In this document: positions 34,230 through 41,249 of the stretch, in pieces
How positions within the stretch are numbered: position 1 is the first letter of the stretch
How the letters are laid out: every line of letters starts with the position of its first letter
Assembly: GCA_009930445.1 (NCBI GenBank)
Contig: RZYD01000002.1
Coordinates: forward strand, 1-41,249
Direction of reading: 5' to 3'
DNA from: Bacteroidia bacterium
GTDB taxonomy: Bacteria; Bacteroidota; Bacteroidia; Bacteroidales; BM520
Length of the DNA stretch: 41,249 bases
Program-made: the position numbers and the translations under genes
Notes under the pieces: generated by a model
The model's database searches: none
Seen by the model: the letters and a program-made list of their open reading frames with translations, nothing else
What the model was told of the DNA's origin: nothing

Positions 34230-34280
34230 GCTGCTGTGGACAACAGCAATACATCGGTGTAACACCCTTTACAATAAAAA

Positions 34281-34315
34281 AGGTTGTCAGAATTACTGGC
34301 GACCTTTTTCTTTTT
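34281..34315 (+). terminator. Rho-independent terminator after the T9SS cargo gene
   Basis: A 10-bp stem forms between 'aggttgtcag' and 'ctggcgacct' (two G-U pairs), with the loop 'aatta', followed by 'ttttcttttt'. Confidence 0.7.
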
Positions 34316-34347
34316 GCTTAACCCACAGCCGGTAAAGGAATTATTCC

Positions 34348-34355
34348 TATTTTTG
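34348..34355 (+). promoter_or_regulatory. Candidate -7 box (TATTTTTG) for the TPR-CHAT gene
   Basis: It matches TAnnTTTG and lies 40 nt upstream of the ATG at 34395. Confidence 0.5.
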
Positions 34356-34394
34356 TGTACGTAGGTTAGAGGTATGCAAGTGCTTTAGGTAATA

Positions 34395-37300
34395 ATGAAC
34401 AATCAACCCTTTTTCTTTATTCTCAGAAAACTAGTATTGATAGGAATCTTGTGGATAGGGCAAATAGCCGTTGCACAGGATAACATCAGTACCTATAATA
34501 TTCAGCAGCAAAGGAATTACGGACTTTCATATTTGAATCAGGATGATTTTGATCAGGCCTTTGTTGTTTATTCTCAGATGAAGAATTACGCCGAACAAAA
34601 CCACGATGAGGCATTACTTTTCGAAGCAAAGGCGGGTAAAACAATCGCAGCCTACCTGAACCAGGATCTTGAATTAGCCGATTCGCTGCAGCGTTGTACA
34701 TTAAAAGGAAGACACGCACCCCAACCCGGAAACGAAAACGCGTTGGCCTCGCTACATTATGTAAGGGCCGGGCTGGCGATAAAAAACAAAGCCTATACGG
34801 AAACCCTGCAACATTGTGACTCGGCGTTGTTTCTGGCCATAAACGCGGCAACACCCGACACCTCCCTCCTGGGAAGAATTTATAATCTTAGAGGTTTATG
34901 CTATTTTCGCCTCACGCAACATGAAAAGGCGCTTAATGACTATATAAACGCAAAAAAAACTGTCGCACAATTTTCAGTACTTAACCCGCTTCATAATGTA
35001 AAATACACACAAAACATAGCCATGGTTTATGCTTCGCAGCAAGATTACGACCAGGCCATCCCCTATTTTGATGAAACGCTGGCATTAAAACAGAAATACA
35101 AGCTACCACCAAGCCGAAGTGATATTAGTTACAACAACAATCTTGGAAGGGTATTTTTCAGCCGGAATGAATACGAAAGGGCTTCAAAACACTTTAACGA
35201 AGCCATCCGGATCACAATTACGCTATACGGCCCCGACCACGAATTACTTGGAGATGTATATCTGAATCAGGGCAATCTATATACACAAATTGCCGATTAC
35301 CCCAAAGCCCGCGAGTATTACAAAAAGGCGCTGACGCTGATCCGAAAATACCGTGGCCCAGGCGACCCTGCCTTCCGGATTCTGAATAATAATATTGCCT
35401 ACACCTATCAACGGCAGGAAGAAAACAGAACCGCGATCGGGTACTACAAAACCGCTATTCATGAAACCGATACCGACCTTAATACTTTAATTGCACTTCG
35501 AAATACGGGCCAGTGCTATTTCGGGATCAACAATACGGATAGTGCCGCGTATTATTTCAGGAAAGCAGTGGAACTTGCAGAGAGCCAACAGGAAGAGTTA
35601 CCGGAAGAATATGCACTTGCACTTCAGGATTACGGCCAGTTCCTTTTAGAGACCAATCAGCAGCAGGAAGGAATCCGGCTTCTCTTTAACAGCCTCACAC
35701 TCTTCACTGATAATAATACGGTTAACCGGAACAATGAAGCCTATATTCATTCTCTTTTAGGAAGCTACTATTCACGACACGACTCAACGCTTCCAACCGC
35801 GCTCCATCACTTTCAAAAAGCGCTTATCGCACAAGAAGAATCCTTTGAATCAATAAATTATAGAGATAACCCTGATATTCTTGAAACTGAATTACCCTAC
35901 GAATTACTGGGCATTCTGGCGAAAAAAGCAAATGTATTATATCAGCATTACAAGGTAACTAACGACCCGGAGTACCTGAACGCTGCTTCATCGGCCTATT
36001 CACTTTCCATAGCCTTAATCGACCGGCTCAAAAAAACCTATCGATACGACGAAAGCAAACTCTTTATTTCCGGGCAAAGCAACACCATCTTTCAACAGGC
36101 ATTACGGGTTGCGCATGATTTGTATACGCTTACCGGAAACGACACCAACCGTGAAAAAGCTTTTTATTATGCCGAAAAAACGAAATACTCCACTCTTCTC
36201 GAGGCTTACCGGGAGAACCTCCTAAGAAAAAATACCATCCCGGAAACCCTTTCAGAAAAACAGGCTACCTTACAAAAGTCACTCGAAAAAAATACAAGAA
36301 ATCTTTATATTTATCGACAAAATACAACGGTTGACCAAGAGATTATCGACAAATACAATGCAACAATTTTTGATCTAAACCGAACCATCGACCATTTAAA
36401 CGATTCGATCCGCACCAACTTTCCTGAATACTATTATGCCAACAGTTCACTCGCTGTAATTTCGATTGCCGACATTCAAAAAAAACTCCGGCGTAATCAG
36501 GTTCTTATGGAATACAGCCTGCAGGACTCCCTGCTCTTTATCTTTTTTATCAGTCAAAAAGAATTTCATCATACCATGGAAGTAATTGTTCCTGAATATA
36601 TTGATTCACTGCGACAATCCGTTATCTCCGCTGAATTGGGAAACTACACAGGAAAAGAATATACCCGTTTTATTCATGCTTCGCACTACCTGTATACCAA
36701 ATTCATCGCGCCATTCCATGATAAACTAAAAAATAAATCCATCATTCTGATTCCGGATTCCAAAGCAGGGTATATCCCATTCGACGCATTGATTACCACA
36801 AAACCAACCGCCGGGCGCATGGATTACCGGAATCTGAGCTACCTGATTAACACAAATACCATAAGTTACTCCTATTCATCGACGCTGCTATTTGAAAAAG
36901 AAACTAAACCCATATCTTTAAAAAAAATAAGGCTTCTTGCCTTTGCCCCCGATTATACACTGCTTCAAAATACACCGGTCAAGGATACCCTTCTGCATAC
37001 CCTTATGCCAATTCCCGGTGCCAGGGAGGAGGTCGAAGGAATTTGTACCCTATACAACTGCGTTGCCCTAACCGAAGAAATGGCTACGGAACACAACTTT
37101 AAACAAAAAGCACCAGATTATGATATTCTACATCTGGCCATGCATACGCTCATTGACGAAGAAAATCCAGCCTATTCAAGGATTATTTTTTCTCCCACAA
37201 AACAGGATTCCACCAGCGACGGCCTTCTATTTACCAGTGAGCTTTTCACCTTGTCGCTGAATGCACGAATGGCTGTTTTAAGTGCTTGTCAAACAGGAGA

Positions 37301-37658
37301 AGGAAAAATAAGGGAAGGGGAAGGAATTCTTTCGCTGGCCAGAGGCTTTTTCTATGCTGGTGTTCCCAGTGTAATCATGACCTTGTGGCCGGTCGACGAT
37401 ATCAGTAGTGCCACCATTATAAACGCGTTTTACCGGCAATTAAAAAAGGGCCACAGAAAAGATAAGGCGCTACGGCAAGCGAAACTCGACTTTCTGGCAG
37501 CCAGCGACCCCGTAAAATCCCATCCAAGGTTTTGGTCAGGATATATCTCCATCGGTGACCAAAACCCTGTGGTTGCCCCACTTTGGGCTATAGGGTATCT
37601 GGCGTTGGCACTGCTTGCTGCGGGTAGTCTCGGTTGGTTTCTTCTGAGAAAGAAATAA
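34395..37658 (+). CDS. TPR-repeat CHAT-domain (caspase-like) protein with an N-terminal signal sequence and a C-terminal membrane anchor
   Basis: The ORF is 1087 aa. The N-terminus 'FFFILRKLVLIGILWIGQIAVAQD' looks like a signal sequence. It has many TPR_12-like repeats, such as 'LGDVYLNQGNLYTQIADYPKAREYYKKALTLIRK'. The CHAT core runs 'IILIPDSKAGYIPFDAL ... ILHLAMHT ... MAVLSACQTG ... GVPSVIMTLWPVDD ... HPRFWSGYISIGD'. The putative catalytic His codon is at about 37143-37145 and the Cys codon at 37286-37288. The C-terminal TM plus basic tail reads 'LWAIGYLALALLAAGSLGWFLLRKK'. Confidence 0.85.
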   Translation: MNNQPFFFILRKLVLIGILWIGQIAVAQDNISTYNIQQQRNYGLSYLNQDDFDQAFVVYSQMKNYAEQNHDEALLFEAKAGKTIAAYLNQDLELADSLQRCTLKGRHAPQPGNENALASLHYVRAGLAIKNKAYTETLQHCDSALFLAINAATPDTSLLGRIYNLRGLCYFRLTQHEKALNDYINAKKTVAQFSVLNPLHNVKYTQNIAMVYASQQDYDQAIPYFDETLALKQKYKLPPSRSDISYNNNLGRVFFSRNEYERASKHFNEAIRITITLYGPDHELLGDVYLNQGNLYTQIADYPKAREYYKKALTLIRKYRGPGDPAFRILNNNIAYTYQRQEENRTAIGYYKTAIHETDTDLNTLIALRNTGQCYFGINNTDSAAYYFRKAVELAESQQEELPEEYALALQDYGQFLLETNQQQEGIRLLFNSLTLFTDNNTVNRNNEAYIHSLLGSYYSRHDSTLPTALHHFQKALIAQEESFESINYRDNPDILETELPYELLGILAKKANVLYQHYKVTNDPEYLNAASSAYSLSIALIDRLKKTYRYDESKLFISGQSNTIFQQALRVAHDLYTLTGNDTNREKAFYYAEKTKYSTLLEAYRENLLRKNTIPETLSEKQATLQKSLEKNTRNLYIYRQNTTVDQEIIDKYNATIFDLNRTIDHLNDSIRTNFPEYYYANSSLAVISIADIQKKLRRNQVLMEYSLQDSLLFIFFISQKEFHHTMEVIVPEYIDSLRQSVISAELGNYTGKEYTRFIHASHYLYTKFIAPFHDKLKNKSIILIPDSKAGYIPFDALITTKPTAGRMDYRNLSYLINTNTISYSYSSTLLFEKETKPISLKKIRLLAFAPDYTLLQNTPVKDTLLHTLMPIPGAREEVEGICTLYNCVALTEEMATEHNFKQKAPDYDILHLAMHTLIDEENPAYSRIIFSPTKQDSTSDGLLFTSELFTLSLNARMAVLSACQTGEGKIREGEGILSLARGFFYAGVPSVIMTLWPVDDISSATIINAFYRQLKKGHRKDKALRQAKLDFLAASDPVKSHPRFWSGYISIGDQNPVVAPLWAIGYLALALLAAGSLGWFLLRKK

Positions 37659-37699
37659 ATCATTTCTCGGCTGGATTCCGGTGACAAAAATTATTCGTG

Positions 37700-37707
37700 T
37701 ATTTTTG
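37700..37707 (+). promoter_or_regulatory. Candidate -7 box (TATTTTTG) for mutS2
   Basis: It matches TAnnTTTG and sits inside the track ORF's first 13 codons, 13 nt before the in-frame GTG at 37720. Confidence 0.45.
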
Positions 37708-37719
37708 CAGAAAAAAATT

Positions 37720-40179
37720 GTGATTTATCCCGAAAACTTTGAGGTAAAGACCGGATTCGACAAAATCCGCATCATGGTGGAAAACGCCTGTATCAGTGAC
37801 GCCGGAGTTGCCGCCACCCAACGCATGAAAGCTTCTTTCGTGTACGATACCTTACTGCATAAACTTCGGGAAACGGAAGAATTCCGGAAAATTCTTCTGT
37901 TCGGGGAACCTTTCCCCTCACAAGACTATTTTGACCTGACAGACGATTTGACAGCACTTAAGCTGCCAGGAACGTTCCCGGAGGTGGAGATGCTCGGTTT
38001 TTTTAAGGCCTCACTGCTTACTCTGGCGGGGATATCCCATTTTTTTTCATCCGAAGAAAAAAACGAGCGGTTCCCCTTACTCTCCCAATTGAGTAAAAAT
38101 TTATGGGTGGAGCCTGCCATCCTCCCAAAACTTGAAGGGTTAATCGACGAAAAAGGAATAATTCGGTCGAACGCATCAGAAAAACTCAGGGAGATCAGAA
38201 AAAAAATCGAGGGAAAACAAGCCGGAATAGGAAGCCGGATCCATAAAATCCTTGTGCAGGCCCGCCAGCAGGGATGGATAAAAGAAGATACAGAAGTCTC
38301 CATCAGAAATGGAAGGCCGGTTCTTCCTGTTCCCGCAACCCACAAAAGAAGAATTAAAGGATGGATTCATGATCAATCGGCAACCGGGCAGACGGTCTAC
38401 ATTGAGCCAGCAGAAATCTTTGAAATCAATAATGAGATCCGCGAACTCGAGCTCGATGAACGTAGGGAAATCATTCGGATATTGATTGCTTTCGGAGATT
38501 ATATCCGGCCTTATATCACAGGAATCATTCATGCTTACCGCTATTTGGGTGAATTTGATTTTATCCGGGCAAAAGCGAAAGTAGCCCTTGAAACTGCCAG
38601 CACAATGCCCATTCTCAGAAGGCGGCCTGTGATGAATATCCGCAATGCACGACATCCTCTTCTCTACCTTACCCTGAAAAAACAGCAACGTAAAGTCATT
38701 CCGCTCACACTAGAACTCTCTCATAACGAACGCATTCTTGTGATTTCCGGTCCGAATGCCGGCGGAAAATCAATTTGTCTGAAAACCATCGGCCTGCTTC
38801 AATATATGCTTCAATGTGGAATGCTAATTCCGGCCAATGAAAACTCTGAATTTGGAATATTCAGAAATATTCTCATTGATATCGGGGACGAACAATCACT
38901 TGAAAACGACCTGAGTACCTATACTTCCCACCTGCAGAACCTAAAGGTATTCCTTCGCAATGCCGACCGCCACACCCTTTTTTTAATCGATGAATTCGGC
39001 ACCGGAACTGAGCCAAATCTTGGTGGAGCAATCGCCGAATCCACGCTCGAAACACTCAACAACCTTAAAGCCTGGGGCGTGGTAACAACACACTATGCCA
39101 ACCTCAAACTCATGAGTGGAAAACATGAAGGTATTGTGAATGGTGCCATGCTTTTCGACAGCAAGAAGCTACAACCCCTATTTATGCTTCAAACAGGCAA
39201 ACCAGGAAGTTCGTTTGCCTTTGAAATGGCAAGAAAAATTGGGTTCCCGGAAGAAATTCTGGAACTGGCAGGGAAAAAAACAGGAAAAAAACAACTTGAT
39301 TTCGACCAGCAACTCCACCAAATGGAAATCGAAAAAAAAGACCTTACACAAAAACAGACCGAAGTTCAGCTGGCCGATGAATTACTGAAAGAAATTCTTG
39401 AAAAATATAAAACAAAAATCAAACTGCTCGAAGAACAACGAAAAAAGATACTTGAGGAGGCCCAACAAGAAGCCAAACAAATTATTGCCACAGCGAATTC
39501 ACGTATTGAGCATACCATAAAAGAAATCAGGGAAGTACAGGCAGAGAAGGAAAAAACAAAAACCCTGCGCAAAAAGCTAACCGCTGAGGCTGCCCAGAGC
39601 CAAAAAAAACACCACCAGCAATTCATCCGTTTAAAAGAAGAATTAAAAGAAATCACAGTTGAAACCGGGGAAGAAATCCCCGTCCTTTTGCCCAAAGCTG
39701 GGGAAATCTTCAAAAAAGGAGATGCGGTAAAAATCAAAGGGCAAAAAGAATCAGGAGTCATCACCTCCATCCGGGGTAAAAAAGCTACCATTGAGTTTGA
39801 AAATATGCGAATACGTGCCGAACTGGATACCCTGGAAAAAGCCGAGCCACACCAAAAAGGGAGCCGATCGGTCAGGCTTACAACGGCTGCCAGCGGAAAT
39901 ATTATTCACGATCTCACGCTAAAAACCGCCAATTTCAGAATCAGCATTGATGTAAGAGGCCAAAGAGCAGAAGAAGCCCTTTCAACCCTTGAAAAATATA
40001 TTGATGACGCCCTGTTATTGCGCATTCCGGAGATAAAAATCCTGCATGGTAAGGGAAACGGAATACTTCGGGAAGCCATCCGCAATTTTCTAAAATCCAT
40101 GCCGGAAGTACAGAATTATAAAGACGAGGATCTGGAAAGAGGAGGCTCAGGCATCACGACTGTCCGTCTTCGTCTGTAA
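37720..40179 (+). CDS. mutS2: Endonuclease MutS2 (MutS domain V ATPase plus a C-terminal Smr domain)
   Basis: It has Walker A 'ISGPNAGGKS', 'LFLIDEFGTGTEP', a coiled-coil region and the C-terminal Smr 'IDVRGQRAEEAL...LHGKGNGILREAI'. The track start is the GTG at 37681. I prefer the GTG at 37720 ('VIYPENFEVKTGFDKIR'), which agrees with the promoter box. The start remains uncertain. Confidence 0.85.
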   Translation: MIYPENFEVKTGFDKIRIMVENACISDAGVAATQRMKASFVYDTLLHKLRETEEFRKILLFGEPFPSQDYFDLTDDLTALKLPGTFPEVEMLGFFKASLLTLAGISHFFSSEEKNERFPLLSQLSKNLWVEPAILPKLEGLIDEKGIIRSNASEKLREIRKKIEGKQAGIGSRIHKILVQARQQGWIKEDTEVSIRNGRPVLPVPATHKRRIKGWIHDQSATGQTVYIEPAEIFEINNEIRELELDERREIIRILIAFGDYIRPYITGIIHAYRYLGEFDFIRAKAKVALETASTMPILRRRPVMNIRNARHPLLYLTLKKQQRKVIPLTLELSHNERILVISGPNAGGKSICLKTIGLLQYMLQCGMLIPANENSEFGIFRNILIDIGDEQSLENDLSTYTSHLQNLKVFLRNADRHTLFLIDEFGTGTEPNLGGAIAESTLETLNNLKAWGVVTTHYANLKLMSGKHEGIVNGAMLFDSKKLQPLFMLQTGKPGSSFAFEMARKIGFPEEILELAGKKTGKKQLDFDQQLHQMEIEKKDLTQKQTEVQLADELLKEILEKYKTKIKLLEEQRKKILEEAQQEAKQIIATANSRIEHTIKEIREVQAEKEKTKTLRKKLTAEAAQSQKKHHQQFIRLKEELKEITVETGEEIPVLLPKAGEIFKKGDAVKIKGQKESGVITSIRGKKATIEFENMRIRAELDTLEKAEPHQKGSRSVRLTTAASGNIIHDLTLKTANFRISIDVRGQRAEEALSTLEKYIDDALLLRIPEIKILHGKGNGILREAIRNFLKSMPEVQNYKDEDLERGGSGITTVRLRL

Positions 40180-40518
40180 TTCCTGCCGAAGTGCATAGGG
40201 CAATCGCTCCACAATCAGCGCATACGAATCGTCAATCCATTGGTATAATTCGGCATCAGCTATTGAACCATCAACCACAATCGTATTCCAATGCACCTTA
40301 TTCATATGGTATCCGGGTTGAACCGCCGGGTATTGTTCACGTAAGGCCTGCGCTTTCTGAGGATCACACTTCAGGGCCAATTTAAAATCATCTTCGGTAT
40401 CCGTTAGGGCAAACATTTTCCCCATCACTTTAAAAACCAGAGTCGTTTCATCGAAGGGAAAACACTCACTCACAGCGGGTTTTGCCAGACAATAATCTCT
40501 AAATTCTTCAATATTCAT
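40147..40518 (-). CDS. MmcQ/YjbR-family protein
   Basis: The ORF is 123 aa. 'FRDYCLAKPAVSECFPFDETTLVFKVMGKMFAL' and 'VQPGYHMNKVHWNTI' are typical of the YjbR family. Its 3' end overlaps the mutS2 3' end by 33 nt. Confidence 0.8.
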   Translation of the reverse strand: MNIEEFRDYCLAKPAVSECFPFDETTLVFKVMGKMFALTDTEDDFKLALKCDPQKAQALREQYPAVQPGYHMNKVHWNTIVVDGSIADAELYQWIDDSYALIVERLPYALRQELQTKTDSRDA

Positions 40519-40542
40519 ACAAACGATATTTGGTTACAGCTA

Positions 40543-40550
40543 CAAAGATA
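40543..40550 (-). promoter_or_regulatory. Candidate -7 box (TATCTTTG on the minus strand) for the YjbR-family gene
   Basis: The plus strand reads 'caaagata'. It lies 25 nt upstream of the ATG at 40518. Confidence 0.45.
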
Positions 40551-40604
40551 AGCAAGACGGTGTAGTTAACCACCCCAAAAAGCAGTGCGTAAAACTAAAA
40601 TACG

Positions 40605-40612
40605 TATCTTTG
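40605..40612 (+). promoter_or_regulatory. Candidate -7 box (TATCTTTG) for the carboxyltransferase gene
   Basis: It matches TAnnTTTG and lies 27 nt upstream of the ATG at 40639. Confidence 0.5.
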
Positions 40613-40638
40613 CCTTACTTTGGTAAAAAGTGTTTATT

Positions 40639-41249
40639 ATGGACGAAACAAACAACACAAACACAAACCCTAAGCAACGAAATTCTGAACTCAGCAAGTC
40701 GAAAAACATACTTAAGTTACGAAAAAAAATTGCATTACAGGGAGGCGGCACTCAAGCAATTGAGAAGCAAAAGGCCATTGGAAAAATGACAGCAAGGGAA
40801 AGGATACTTGCCCTGGTTGACCCTAACTCATTCCATGAATATGACCTTTTCGTGCAGCATGCCGGAAGGGATTTCGATATGGATAAAAAGTTTCTTCCCG
40901 GAGATGGAGTCATCACGGGAACAGGAACCATAAATAACCACCCGGTATGTATCTTTGCTCAGGATTTTACAGTTGCAGGCGGATCGCTGGGTTATATGCA
41001 TGCCAAGAAGATTACAAAAATCATGGATCATGCCATGAAACTGCAGGTTCCACTAATTGGGATTAACGATTCAGGGGGAGCAAGGATTCAGGAAGGAGTT
41101 AATTCTCTGGCTGGTTATGGTGAAATTTTCTACCGTAACACTCAGGCTTCCGGAGTCATCCCTCAAATTTCAGTAATACTCGGCCCCTGCGCTGGCGGTG
41201 CAGTATACAGCCCTGCCCTGACTGACTTTGTCTTCGTGGTAGATAAGAT
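40639..41249 (+). CDS. Acyl-CoA carboxyltransferase (methylmalonyl-CoA decarboxylase alpha / propionyl-CoA carboxylase beta family). The 3' end is truncated by the window edge.
   Basis: This gene is not in the ORF track because it has no in-window stop. My translation reads '[13 protein letters not shown]...[24 protein letters not shown]...[31 protein letters not shown]...[30 protein letters not shown]...[16 protein letters not shown]'. Confidence 0.9.
   Translation, partial: MDETNNTNTNPKQRNSELSKSKNILKLRKKIALQGGGTQAIEKQKAIGKMTARERILALVDPNSFHEYDLFVQHAGRDFDMDKKFLPGDGVITGTGTINNHPVCIFAQDFTVAGGSLGYMHAKKITKIMDHAMKLQVPLIGINDSGGARIQEGVNSLAGYGEIFYRNTQASGVIPQISVILGPCAGGAVYSPALTDFVFVVDK

Noticed and set aside
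34395-37658. The TPR-CHAT protein as a type III-E CRISPR 'Craspase' (Csx29-like) or another phage-defence effector
   Set aside because: The window has no CRISPR array, gRAMP/Cas7-11 or other cas genes. The protein has export and anchor signals, which points to an envelope role. Its neighbours are a sigma/anti-sigma pair, not defence genes.

Overview
This looks like a chromosomal window from a Bacteroidota-type anaerobe. The evidence is three C-terminal T9SS sorting domains ('YPNP/FPNP...K/R' tails), repeated TAnnTTTG -7 promoter boxes, several lipoboxes, a pyruvate:ferredoxin oxidoreductase and a methylmalonyl-CoA-type carboxyltransferase. I saw no rRNA, tRNA, CRISPR array, transposase or integrase.

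The left half (1-19384) is one tightly packed seven-gene unit on the minus strand, with gaps of 6-33 nt. It encodes:
- a 2492-aa parallel-beta-helix protein with about three dozen chlamydial Pmp-type GGA/FxxN repeats and a T9SS tail
- a 581-aa Ig/PKD-like T9SS cargo
- two outer-membrane beta-barrel proteins with extra globular domains
- a PKD protein
- a secreted or lipidated SH3b-SH3b-vWA protein
- a MacB-like ABC ATPase/permease fusion that runs off the left edge and is missing from the ORF track

Two 9-nt G/C homopolymers lie inside two surface-protein genes of this unit.

The middle holds housekeeping genes: a TPR lipoprotein, a deoxynucleoside kinase, folK, sppA, a 5-formyl-THF cyclo-ligase, an e(P4)-type phosphatase, nifJ/PFOR and sdaA.

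The right part has a compact candidate envelope-signalling module: an ECF sigma factor and a TPR anti-sigma factor, divergent from a T9SS cargo with cohesin-like and dockerin-like modules, followed by a 1087-aa TPR-CHAT (caspase-like) protein whose topology looks extracytoplasmic. After it come mutS2, a YjbR-family gene and a carboxyltransferase truncated at the right edge (also missing from the track).

The surface operon and the sigma/CHAT module are the two candidates for an undescribed system. All functional calls rest on motifs I read in the translations; no searches were run.
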